This document shows, in pieces, positions 29,239 through 38,482 of a stretch of DNA of 64,000 bases (its first letter is position 1; every line of letters starts with the position of its first letter). This DNA is from an uncultured Leptospirales bacterium. GTDB lineage: Bacteria > Spirochaetota > UBA4802 > UBA5550. Position numbers and translations under genes: made by a program. The notes below the pieces were generated by a model that saw only the letters and a list, made by a program, of their open reading frames with translations, did not search any database and was not told the origin of the DNA. Where the stretch lies: contig CAYTNW010000005.1 in assembly GCA_964439325.1 (NCBI GenBank), forward strand, positions 100,592-164,591. Reading direction: 5' to 3'.

Positions 29239-30621
29239 GTGTGCCCGATAAAAAAATACAGACATGTGGAGGCAAAGATGAGTCGTTTTATGGATGAATA
29301 CAGGTCAAAGCTGACAACCGCTGAAAAAGCTGCAAAGCTTGTAAAATCGGGGGATCACGTTTTTTACGGGGAGTTTGTTCTTTTCCCGCATATGATGGAT
29401 AGTGCTCTTGCCGACAGGATTCATGAAGTAGAGAATGTTGAAATTAGAAGCGTCTGTTATACTAAAACACCCAGGATAATTGAAAAAGATCCATACGGGA
29501 AACACGCGATCATCAATGATTACCATTTTGGGGGGGTGACAAGAAAACTTCATGATAACAACCAGTGCAATTATATCCCGATAACTTATCATCAGGTACC
29601 GCGAATTATAAGAAAATACCTTACTCCGGATGTTGCATTTATTACTGTTGCACCTATGGATGAAAACGGATATTTCAATTTTGGTCTTGCCAATTCGATT
29701 ACAGGTTCGAATTTAAGCAAGGCAAAACATGTGGTTGTTGAAGTTAATGAAAATGTTCCCTATTGTCTCGGCGGAAATTTCGAATCAATACATATATCAA
29801 ATGTGGATCTGATTGTTGAAACAGCTAATCCGCCGCTCGCGGAAGTCAAACCGGCTGCGCCGAGTGAGATAGATAAAGAGATCGCTAAATTCATAATGAA
29901 TGAGATAGAGGATGGAGCGACACTACAGCTTGGAATCGGAGGATTGCCTAACCTTATCGGACAGCTGATAGCGGATAGTGATTTGAAAGATCTTGGAATC
30001 CATACCGAGATGCTGGTTGATTCCTGCGTGGATCTGTATTATGCAGGCAAGGTGTCAGGGAGGAAGAAAAAAATTGACCATTTCAAAATGGCATATACTT
30101 TTGCAATGGGTACAAAGAAGTTGTATGATTTTCTGCACCTTAATCCTACATGTGCGTCATACCCGGTAAATTATGTAAATGATCCGAGGTTTATTGCTCT
30201 TAATCCGAAGGTAACTGCAATAAATAATGCAGTGGAGGTTGATCTCTTCAGTCAGATATGTTCTGAATCGGCAGGCTATCGCCAGATATCCGGTACCGGG
30301 GGCCAGCTTGATTTTATTTTCGGTGCCTTCAATTCTACCGGGGGGAAGGGGATTATCGCTTTAAGCTCAACATACAAAGAGAAAGATGGGACGCTTAAAT
30401 CCAGAATTGTTCCCACTTTACAGACAGGGGCTATCGTTACTGTTCCAAGGTCTATATCACATTATATTGCTACCGAATACGGAATTGTAATGATGAAGGG
30501 GAAATCCACATGGCAGAGAGCTGAGGCCATAGTGAGTATCGCTCATCCCGATTTCAGGGAAGGTCTGATAAGGGAAGCGTCGAAGATGAAGATATGGACC
30601 AGGAGTAATAAGCAGGACTGA
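29239..30621 (+). CDS. acetyl-CoA hydrolase/transferase family protein (4-hydroxybutyrate CoA-transferase-like); probable start near 29278
   Basis: About 447 aa; GIGGLPN and GGQLDF motifs; GGAGG RBS before the MSRFMDE start. Confidence 0.65.
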   Translation: MCPIKKYRHVEAKMSRFMDEYRSKLTTAEKAAKLVKSGDHVFYGEFVLFPHMMDSALADRIHEVENVEIRSVCYTKTPRIIEKDPYGKHAIINDYHFGGVTRKLHDNNQCNYIPITYHQVPRIIRKYLTPDVAFITVAPMDENGYFNFGLANSITGSNLSKAKHVVVEVNENVPYCLGGNFESIHISNVDLIVETANPPLAEVKPAAPSEIDKEIAKFIMNEIEDGATLQLGIGGLPNLIGQLIADSDLKDLGIHTEMLVDSCVDLYYAGKVSGRKKKIDHFKMAYTFAMGTKKLYDFLHLNPTCASYPVNYVNDPRFIALNPKVTAINNAVEVDLFSQICSESAGYRQISGTGGQLDFIFGAFNSTGGKGIIALSSTYKEKDGTLKSRIVPTLQTGAIVTVPRSISHYIATEYGIVMMKGKSTWQRAEAIVSIAHPDFREGLIREASKMKIWTRSNKQD

Positions 30622-30632
30622 TATCTTTTGGT

Positions 30633-30680
30633 CAGCAGCCTCCTTGATAAAAGGAGGCTGACCGGACTGAATATTTTTCA
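30633..30680 (+). terminator. intrinsic terminator after CoA-transferase gene
   Basis: ggtcagcagcctcctt/aaggaggctgacc stem then T-run. Confidence 0.55.
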
Positions 30681-30835
30681 GTTTCAAAGTATTGAGAGAA
30701 TTTTAGGGAGAGTGCCGGTACTTTGAAAATAAATCCCCTGTCGCTATGGCGACATCCCCTCTGGTAATGGGAGCATTCAAGAATTCAACTATTGGTGAAC
30801 TTGTAAGCTTATGAAAAAATAACAAGGAAGAGCGG

Positions 30836-31171
30836 TTAGTATTTTCTTCTTTCCGGAATCCCCTCCGGTTCTTCTCCTGAATTATAAAATTCCTCTGTAA
30901 GATAAAGACCGCAGTAGCAGTGACCGTATTCTTTCTGATCAGGTACACAGTAGTCGCAGGGGCAGATCATGTCTTTATCGTTTTCACGGACACCGTCAGC
31001 GTCGCGGCACGGACACGAAAAATAACCGTACCTGTTGAAATTTTTCATCAGACCGTTTGTGATCATTTCAAGGTGTTCACTATCTCTATTCAGTCTCCAG
31101 TTATTCTTCTGCGCGACCATTGAGATGAAAAGTGAAACATCATCAAATGTTTTGAGTTTCATTTGTTTCAC
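30836..31171 (-). CDS. ferredoxin:thioredoxin reductase catalytic-subunit-like (FTR/FDR family) protein
   Basis: CPC...(16 aa)...CPC..C...HCYC cysteine pattern similar to the FTR catalytic chain CPC/CPC/CHC. Confidence 0.5.
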   Translation of the reverse strand: MKQMKLKTFDDVSLFISMVAQKNNWRLNRDSEHLEMITNGLMKNFNRYGYFSCPCRDADGVRENDKDMICPCDYCVPDQKEYGHCYCGLYLTEEFYNSGEEPEGIPERRKY

Positions 31172-31479
31172 CTGTTAATGAACACCTTTATATATTCATC
31201 TTCTGTGAAGCCCACTATTACTGTTCTGTCATCCTGTACAAGAAACGGAAAACCTATATCCTTTTTGTACCTGTTTTTCAGGTCGGATTTGATTCTGCTT
31301 TTTTTATCAGGTTCGAACTCATCGACATAAACATAACTGAAGGTTATTGAATTGTCCCTGAGAAATTTCAGCGCCTTTTTGCAGAAGGCGCATGTGGACA
31401 GGGCATAGATTTTAATATCCCCCCTGTCAATGCCGCCGTTTTCCTTAATGAAATCTATATCGTCCATGTTTATCTCCAT
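31168..31479 (-). CDS. glutaredoxin/NrdH-like thioredoxin-fold protein (CAFC active site); start probably Met near 31467
   Basis: STCAFCKKALKFL CxxC motif; 4-bp overlap with the downstream FTR-like gene. Confidence 0.55.
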   Translation of the reverse strand: MEINMDDIDFIKENGGIDRGDIKIYALSTCAFCKKALKFLRDNSITFSYVYVDEFEPDKKSRIKSDLKNRYKKDIGFPFLVQDDRTVIVGFTEDEYIKVFINR

Positions 31480-31769
31480 ATTTTTATAATGACCCTGATC
31501 GATCCGCCGGCTGAAAATCAGCGCGGATGGTTACAATTAAATGATTTACGGTAAATAAGGCAATTTATTATTAAAATAAAATTTAAAAGCAATCAGATTG
31601 GAATAAATTGCATTTAATTTTGTAACTAATCGTTGTGTTAGACACTAACTATATAATAAATTTTTTTCATTGTACTCTCCTTGGTCCTGGGGCTGTAAAA
31701 CGCTTCAGGACTTTTTGTTTCAGGAAAGGTTACAGTTTTATTTTTTCATTCACATTTTTTAAAAGCTTA

Positions 31770-34700
31770 TTACTGAGCCGTTATGTAATCCCTGTAGGCC
31801 TGACTGTCGGGATCAAGATAAAGAGCTATCTGTATCTCCAGCGCTGCAAGAGATGCGGCAAATTCCAAAAGCCTGCCGGTATTTCCATAATAGTAGATGT
31901 TTATCAGATCAACAGCGTTATCCAGGAAAGTAATATCTGTTGTAGAACGGTTGATATCTATTTTATCAGGTACCCATCCCCCTCCGAACAGAACTGCAGG
32001 GGGGTATGGGAAATCGTTAAATGTCCAGTAATTATATACACCGGCAGTCGCCGGATGCAGTGAAAATGGTGTAAATGAAAAGTATGGTACAAAGTTAAAT
32101 TTATCACAACCGCCATATAATCCATTTGGCCCATCATAAAGAGAGCCGTTAGTTAAAGCAGGTTGGTTGCAAACCGATGAGACGTTATATAAAAAATCCA
32201 TATCCACGCCGCCTCTATTTTGAGATAGAAAATTTTTCAGGAAGATTAAATTATCCTTTACAGTGCATGGTCCAGATCTTGAAAGATAGTAATCTAAGCC
32301 CCAGAAAATATTTGGATTTATCTCACAAATTTTATCCGGCCAATTAATCCACAAATATGTACTTATTGCATCATTGAATAAAAGTGTATATGAATTTAAT
32401 ATATCTGCTCTTAGTTTTCCAATATACGATACAGAGTCATTAAGATATATAGCAGCGGCGGCTGAATTAGCTTTATTAAGTTCTTTTTCATCTGTTTCAA
32501 TAATTGAGTTGATGCCGAATCTCGCTGTATATAATTTTTTCAGGTACTCCAGTCCTTCAAAGGAGAACGGCAGATACACGGAGGGATTTGTCATTGTAAA
32601 TGAAGTGAGTATGCATTCTATTCTTGCTGTAGTTCCGTTTGTATAAAATCTTCTATGCGGAATATCGATCCTCATCTGCAGAGGGAGATATGCTGTATCG
32701 GTTTTCTCTACATTGGTTTTGTAATCTTTAAAATTTACCCAGTCGCCTTCCGATGGAGCAGTATAGTTGAGAAGGTAATAATCAATCGTATCTGCGAATT
32801 GAATTGCGGCTCCCTTTCTTGAGGATATACTCTGGGCAATTTTGAGCGCATTAATTTTTGCCTTGATTGTACTGAATAGTGTTGTAATATTAAGCTGCTG
32901 CTGTTTACCTGCTTTTGATACAATCGTGTTCTGAATTTCGTAAAGTCTGTTTTCGATAGATTCTATATTTGTATAAATACCATCAAGAAGATCAATGATA
33001 TGACCGAGTCTTTCATTTATAGCCTGGTCTTGAGGATCGTTCTGTGTTGGACCGGTAACGACTGTCATCTGCAGGGAATCCAGTGCCAGATTTAGATAGC
33101 CTGCGGTCTGATTTATCGTTATCAGTGTAGAGGAGATTCTTTGCATCGTATCGATTGCCGACGTATAACTGCTTATTCTATGAAGATCCTGTGTAAATCT
33201 GAATCCGGTGTATTTACTGCAATTCAGAAGTTTTTCTGTTATCTGGCCGAGTATCCTCTCTTTTATTTTTTTCGCATCATCCTGCTTGATAAGGAGGTTG
33301 ACAATTTTTTTACCGTTTATGTTTATCCTGGAGTAATAACATGCACCGTTGTTTCCCAATACCTCAGTCCCGGGTAGTGATTTTGTAGTACCGTCATCGT
33401 ATTGTATGATTATATCAATATCCCCGTAGGCGGAGAGCATCTCGTAGTTGAACATATTATAGTCGGGTAATGCAGGTGCTGACGCGTTATTGAGCAGATT
33501 GGTGTTTACCGCTTTTAAAAAAAATCCTGTTTCGTGTGAATTCACGATAATTTTATATTTATTAATCACAGCGTCGAATATCTCCTTCCCGTGGAGAATG
33601 GAGTTTCTTGTATGAAAGCCGAGTTTTACATAATTGGTTCCTGTTGTTTGTTGAGTCATGACGTACACGGCACTGTTTCCTGCTGAGTCTTTAACTACTA
33701 CATTAAAATAATATGTTTTTTCAACGAGCAGTCCTTTCACCCATAGTCCGGTCAGGCCAGTGGAGAATTCCTGTATCAATGTACCTTTAGATTCACAATC
33801 TGATACAGTTCCCAGATTGCCGGAAAGAGATTCATATACGGCGTATTGCAAATCCTTTGATGCAGTTTTGTTGTCACTGGCCGCTTCCCATAATAGGACT
33901 ATCGAATCAGAGGATACTATATTAGTTGAAAGGGGTTTGCCATTGCCCGGTACAGGCGGAGTTGAATCAACCTCCTCTGCTGTTGTCTGAACTGTTAACT
34001 TATAGGCAGATCTGTTCCCTGCCGAATCTTTCACTACTACTATAAAATAATATTCCGTTTCAGGTAAAAGGCCGGTCATATTTCTTGTCGTAAGAGCAGG
34101 TGTGTAATTCTGAATCAATGTTCCGTTTGATTCGCACTCCTCAACAGTACCGATGTTCCCCGTGGCCGACTGATATACCGCATACTCTAAACCGCCTGGT
34201 AATGTTGTATCATCGCTCCCCTCTGTCCAGCTGAGTACAAGAGAGTTTGCTGTTACACTGCTTGCGGTAATTATTCCATCGCCCCCCGGTACAGGCACAG
34301 TGGTGTCAATATATTCTGTTGTGGTTGAATCCTTCATAGTGTATAAAGCCTTGTTACCGGCCATATCCTTTACTATTACAATAAAATAATAGGTGCTGTT
34401 CGGAGATAGCCGCTCAACTCTCTGCTGAAGTAAACCCGTTGTATAATCCTGTACCAGCGTTTCTGATTCCCATTCATCTACCGTTTTATCACTGCCGTCT
34501 GTTGACCGGTATACTGCATAAGCAAGGTTTAACTGTGCTGTTTTTGTATCATTTGCGGCCTGCCAGTTAAGTATAAGAGTATTTGCTGTTATTCCGGATA
34601 CGGTAATAAGACCGTTATCCGGAATTTCCGGAGCGTATTTATCACTCGTATCTTCTTCCAGATTATTCGTTATGGGGGAATCCTTCCCTTTCCCCATGAT

Positions 34701-34799
34701 GCCGCCGCTGCAGGCGATAAATGATATCAGACTATAAATGATAAATGGTGTAATAATGGCATTCAATAACAGTTTCACTGGTTTCATCGGTATCTCCAT
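31770..34799 (-). CDS. large lipoprotein with three N-terminal fibronectin type III repeats and an about 700-aa C-terminal domain of unknown function
   Basis: Lipobox FIAC; three about 100-aa repeats (…NWQAANDTKTAQLNLAYAVYRST…YYFIVIVKD…); 1009 aa. Confidence 0.7.
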   Translation of the reverse strand: MEIPMKPVKLLLNAIITPFIIYSLISFIACSGGIMGKGKDSPITNNLEEDTSDKYAPEIPDNGLITVSGITANTLILNWQAANDTKTAQLNLAYAVYRSTDGSDKTVDEWESETLVQDYTTGLLQQRVERLSPNSTYYFIVIVKDMAGNKALYTMKDSTTTEYIDTTVPVPGGDGIITASSVTANSLVLSWTEGSDDTTLPGGLEYAVYQSATGNIGTVEECESNGTLIQNYTPALTTRNMTGLLPETEYYFIVVVKDSAGNRSAYKLTVQTTAEEVDSTPPVPGNGKPLSTNIVSSDSIVLLWEAASDNKTASKDLQYAVYESLSGNLGTVSDCESKGTLIQEFSTGLTGLWVKGLLVEKTYYFNVVVKDSAGNSAVYVMTQQTTGTNYVKLGFHTRNSILHGKEIFDAVINKYKIIVNSHETGFFLKAVNTNLLNNASAPALPDYNMFNYEMLSAYGDIDIIIQYDDGTTKSLPGTEVLGNNGACYYSRININGKKIVNLLIKQDDAKKIKERILGQITEKLLNCSKYTGFRFTQDLHRISSYTSAIDTMQRISSTLITINQTAGYLNLALDSLQMTVVTGPTQNDPQDQAINERLGHIIDLLDGIYTNIESIENRLYEIQNTIVSKAGKQQQLNITTLFSTIKAKINALKIAQSISSRKGAAIQFADTIDYYLLNYTAPSEGDWVNFKDYKTNVEKTDTAYLPLQMRIDIPHRRFYTNGTTARIECILTSFTMTNPSVYLPFSFEGLEYLKKLYTARFGINSIIETDEKELNKANSAAAAIYLNDSVSYIGKLRADILNSYTLLFNDAISTYLWINWPDKICEINPNIFWGLDYYLSRSGPCTVKDNLIFLKNFLSQNRGGVDMDFLYNVSSVCNQPALTNGSLYDGPNGLYGGCDKFNFVPYFSFTPFSLHPATAGVYNYWTFNDFPYPPAVLFGGGWVPDKIDINRSTTDITFLDNAVDLINIYYYGNTGRLLEFAASLAALEIQIALYLDPDSQAYRDYITAQ

Positions 34800-35079
34800 T
34801 TTAATTTAAACTGTATCAGATAGTGGTAATTATTCAGAAAAATGACAAAATAATTATTAAAACGTTATTTTTATGATTTGTGACGTATTCTTAATAGTAT
34901 TCATTTTTTTATTTCAACGTTTTTTTTGGAATTAATGCACTAAAAATGGAAATAATTTGATTGTTTTTGAGATTTAAAAACGGCATGTATAGTTCATTGA
35001 TAAAAAAACATTGACTTGAAAAAAATTATTAAAACTATTACAGAGTCTTTTTCAGGGCTTAAACCAGGGTTAGAGCAAT

Positions 35080-36069
35080 TTGATCAAAATACTAAAAATT
35101 AAAATTATTCTGCTGCTGATATGCATATCAGGTGCTGTCTTTGCGGAGGATAATAAAAAAATAAGTATCGCTATCATGGAATTCCGGGCCAACAACACCA
35201 GGGACGGCTTCGGAAAAGCCTGTCTGGACATGCTTTCCGAGAGGCTTTTTGCATCAAGGCTTTTTGTGCTGATGGAAAAGGGGCAGATGGACAGGATCGC
35301 AAGAGTTAACGGTTTCCAGGAATTCAATTCTGTTGATCCGCTACAGGTCGCAAAACTGGGGCGTGTACTCAAAGTAGATAAGATGCTCACAGGATCTATA
35401 ACATATATCGATTCGTATATTATCAATATCAAGCTGGTTAACAGCGCAACCGGCGAGATCGAGTTTGATATACAGAAAAAGACCGGTTCTATAGAAAAAC
35501 TGGAGAAAACCATTGATGAGATGGCGCACTCAATCGAAAGACACTGTATGGGATATTATATCCCCTCCGGCAGGTATGATGTCTCTTTTGAAATGCAGTA
35601 CATCAATCCTGTTGGAGTTCTCAGAAACGCGGTGAATTCCGGTGCAGGAATAACCGGGATTGTACAGTTCAATAATCCCTTCGATCTCCCATTTAATATT
35701 AATGCATCAGCAGGTTTTTATAATTTTACTCCCGATACAGAACCGATGAACTATTTTTATATGGTTCCTGTGTTGTTGTCTCTCACTTATAAATTTGCCG
35801 TTTCCAGAAATATTAATTTTTATCCATCGGCAGGGGGAGGATATTTTTTCTCCCGGATATCCTGCGATAATTCCATAACTAAGTCAGGTCTATACTGGGA
35901 TGATAATAAATTCTATTATAATCCAGGTATTGTGATAAGAGCAGAACTGGATATTTTACTGTATGACAGGTGGTTTCTTGTTTTCTCTCCGCAGTATAAT
36001 ATATTTTTTGATAAAAATGATGTCGGGCAGTTTCTCTCTGCCGGGCTTGGGCTTAAGATGATTTTTTAA
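35080..36069 (+). CDS. secreted/outer-membrane protein: N-terminal CsgG/TolB-N-like domain + aromatic-rich C-terminal putative beta-barrel ending in Phe
   Basis: Signal peptide; ISIAIMEF motif; C-terminal alternating aromatic pattern ending in the LGLKMIF terminal Phe. Confidence 0.45.
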   Translation: MIKILKIKIILLLICISGAVFAEDNKKISIAIMEFRANNTRDGFGKACLDMLSERLFASRLFVLMEKGQMDRIARVNGFQEFNSVDPLQVAKLGRVLKVDKMLTGSITYIDSYIINIKLVNSATGEIEFDIQKKTGSIEKLEKTIDEMAHSIERHCMGYYIPSGRYDVSFEMQYINPVGVLRNAVNSGAGITGIVQFNNPFDLPFNINASAGFYNFTPDTEPMNYFYMVPVLLSLTYKFAVSRNINFYPSAGGGYFFSRISCDNSITKSGLYWDDNKFYYNPGIVIRAELDILLYDRWFLVFSPQYNIFFDKNDVGQFLSAGLGLKMIF

Positions 36070-36111
36070 ATTTTTTTTGTATTAATTTTAAAATCCGGTC
36101 ACTACAGCTAT

Positions 36112-36639
36112 ATGAGCGTTATTTCAGAAAGAACAAAAAAGTTTACCGAGATCTACAGCGATTTTTATTCCGTGGTCTATTACGGGATATACGCGAAGAT
36201 AAGAAATGAGGATATCGCCGGCGATCTTGCACAGGAGGTATTCACGCGCTTTTACGAGAAGATCGATGAAGTGGAATCGCCGCGGAACTGGCTCCTTGGT
36301 ACGCTGAGGTTTGTCCTGTTCGAGCATTACAGGAAAAACAGCGTCGAGAAGGTTGATATTGATGAAATCTTCTATGACGAAAACCTGCAGTATGTAAACG
36401 GCTTCAGGGATACCAGGATAGTGCTGCAGGAGGCTCTGAACGCTCCGGAGAATTATAAAGATGAAAAGGACAGGATAATTTATGAGCTGATAGCTGTTAA
36501 AAACTATACTCATGAAGAGGTGTCGAGGGAGATGGGTCTGACGAAACGCCAGGTGAGCTACAGATACAGACTGGTAGTTGACAGGATCGTGGACTATCTC
36601 AGAAAGAAAGGAGTACATAACCTGGAAGAACTATTATGA
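36112..36639 (+). CDS. ECF (sigma-70 family group IV) sigma factor
   Basis: Region 2 (DLAQEVFTRFY) and region 4 HTH (LTKRQVSYRYRL). Confidence 0.75.
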   Translation: MSVISERTKKFTEIYSDFYSVVYYGIYAKIRNEDIAGDLAQEVFTRFYEKIDEVESPRNWLLGTLRFVLFEHYRKNSVEKVDIDEIFYDENLQYVNGFRDTRIVLQEALNAPENYKDEKDRIIYELIAVKNYTHEEVSREMGLTKRQVSYRYRLVVDRIVDYLRKKGVHNLEELL

Positions 36640-37379
36640 ATACAGATACAGCATTAAAATCGGTAATAGACAAATACAAATTAAGCGACCCTGTGCCGGC
36701 GGATGTCCGTGCTGCGATGGAGAGATCAAGAAGAGACAATCTCGCGAAGATACTGAAAAAAGAGGCGTATAGCTCACTCTTCATATCAGCGGTTGTATCT
36801 TTTTTTCTCTGGATAAAGAAGTTCGGGATATCGATCTCCATAACAAAAAGCGCAGTAGCAGTATCCGCCGCTGTAATTATAGGCCTCAGTGCGGTTACTG
36901 CTGCCGGAATTTATGTTGTTAATAAGGTTTTTGAGCATAATACATCGCAAAAACTGGATATGGTGAATGAGCAGAGAAATCCGGAGGAAAAAGCTTCTAT
37001 CCCTTGTGCTGTCGAGTTGTTATCTTATAATGTGGCGGTATCTCCTGTGGAGATGGAAGATGTTTCCTCTGAAGTTACGGATACTTACAGACTCAGACTG
37101 GTGCAGGAATTGAAAAAAATACGCGGAGCGAAGGCCGCGATAAATATCGAGAAGCTTGATGAAAATCATATCTCTTCAAGGATCCTCTCGGTATCTATTA
37201 TAAAGCTTAAGGATCCGCAGAAAGAAACCGGTGATAATTCATTATATAGAATTTCTGCGAGGATTATCAACAGTGCAAATTCACAGGTGCTTTTATATAC
37301 TTCGGTCATGGCGGCAGGAGAGGAGAGGATTGCTGAATCTCTTGCCGGACTTGCGGGTAAAATTTCAGCCAGGCTTTAA
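36636..37379 (+). CDS. putative membrane anti-sigma factor
   Basis: ATGA overlap with the ECF sigma gene; single TM at aa 50-95; C-terminal extracytoplasmic domain. Confidence 0.45.
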   Translation: MNTDTALKSVIDKYKLSDPVPADVRAAMERSRRDNLAKILKKEAYSSLFISAVVSFFLWIKKFGISISITKSAVAVSAAVIIGLSAVTAAGIYVVNKVFEHNTSQKLDMVNEQRNPEEKASIPCAVELLSYNVAVSPVEMEDVSSEVTDTYRLRLVQELKKIRGAKAAINIEKLDENHISSRILSVSIIKLKDPQKETGDNSLYRISARIINSANSQVLLYTSVMAAGEERIAESLAGLAGKISARL

Positions 37380-37458
37380 ATGTATATCAGCCGCTAAAAA
37401 AAGTTGAATTTATATATATCTGTGATAATTTTAAATTAAACATGTTTATGAGTTAAAG

Positions 37459-38421
37459 ATGATGAATACTATAGAGAAAATATTATCTGAATATCCGTTT
37501 ATTATCCTTGACGGGGGATTTGCCACCGAGCTTGAAAAAAGAGGTTTTGTTCTGAAAGACCGGCTGTGGTCTGCGAAGATTATTGCCGATGCTCCCGATG
37601 CTGTGAAGGATGTGCATCTGTCTTATCTCAATGCAGGTGCGGATTGTATCATAACATCATCATATCAGGCCACAGTCCCCGGTTTTATTGCTGCCGGATA
37701 TTCGAGGAGAGAGGCAGTTGATCTTATAGGCAGGTCTGTGACAATTGCCGGGGATGCGATAAATGAATTCTTCAGCTCCCGGCCCGATATGACAAAACGG
37801 CCTGAACCGTTCATCGCCGCTTCGTGCGGATGCTACGGTGCCTATCTCGCGGACGGCTCCGAATACCGGGGAGATTATCATCTTGACGCTGCGGCTTACA
37901 GGAAATTTCACAGAGAGCGTATCGATATTCTGGTTAATGCCGGAGCCCGGATTATCGCCTTCGAAACTTTCCCCTGCATGGAGGAGGCTGCGGCTGTGGC
38001 TGAACTTATGGAAGAGTACAGCGACATTATGTACTGGATTGTCTTTACTGTAAAGGATTCCGTCAGTACAAGTCATGGAGATAACTTTATCGAATGCGTC
38101 AAAATGCTTCATGGAAGGAAAAACTTTCTGTCGGCGGGTGTGAACTGCTCCCCCCCTCATTTTATCTCACCTGTTCTTGATTCCCTTGAACCGCAGCTTA
38201 AGAAAAATTTTGCGGTGTATCCCAATTCCGGTGAACACTTTTACACAGACTGTTCCTGCTGGGAGGATGATCCGGATGCAGCGGACTGGCTTGTATTATC
38301 AGAGGAGTGGTACAGGAAGGGCGCTCTGCTGATCGGAGGGTGCTGCCGTACAGGCCCATCCGACATAGCGAAGATTAAAAGCTTCAGGGATAAACTGATA
38401 GAGAGAAACAAAAAGTATTGA
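37459..38421 (+). CDS. mmuM: homocysteine S-methyltransferase
   Basis: ILDGGFATELE N-terminus and GGCCRTGP zinc-binding motif. Confidence 0.8.
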   Translation: MMNTIEKILSEYPFIILDGGFATELEKRGFVLKDRLWSAKIIADAPDAVKDVHLSYLNAGADCIITSSYQATVPGFIAAGYSRREAVDLIGRSVTIAGDAINEFFSSRPDMTKRPEPFIAASCGCYGAYLADGSEYRGDYHLDAAAYRKFHRERIDILVNAGARIIAFETFPCMEEAAAVAELMEEYSDIMYWIVFTVKDSVSTSHGDNFIECVKMLHGRKNFLSAGVNCSPPHFISPVLDSLEPQLKKNFAVYPNSGEHFYTDCSCWEDDPDAADWLVLSEEWYRKGALLIGGCCRTGPSDIAKIKSFRDKLIERNKKY

Positions 38422-38482
38422 CAAAGATTTTTAAATGATTCCTTCTGCTGACAAAATTTATTCAATCTAAAACATTTTATGG

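Noticed and set aside
31635-32063. 142-aa plus-strand ORF overlapping the 3' end of the FN3 lipoprotein gene
   Set aside because: It is antisense to a confident 1009-aa gene and has no motifs.
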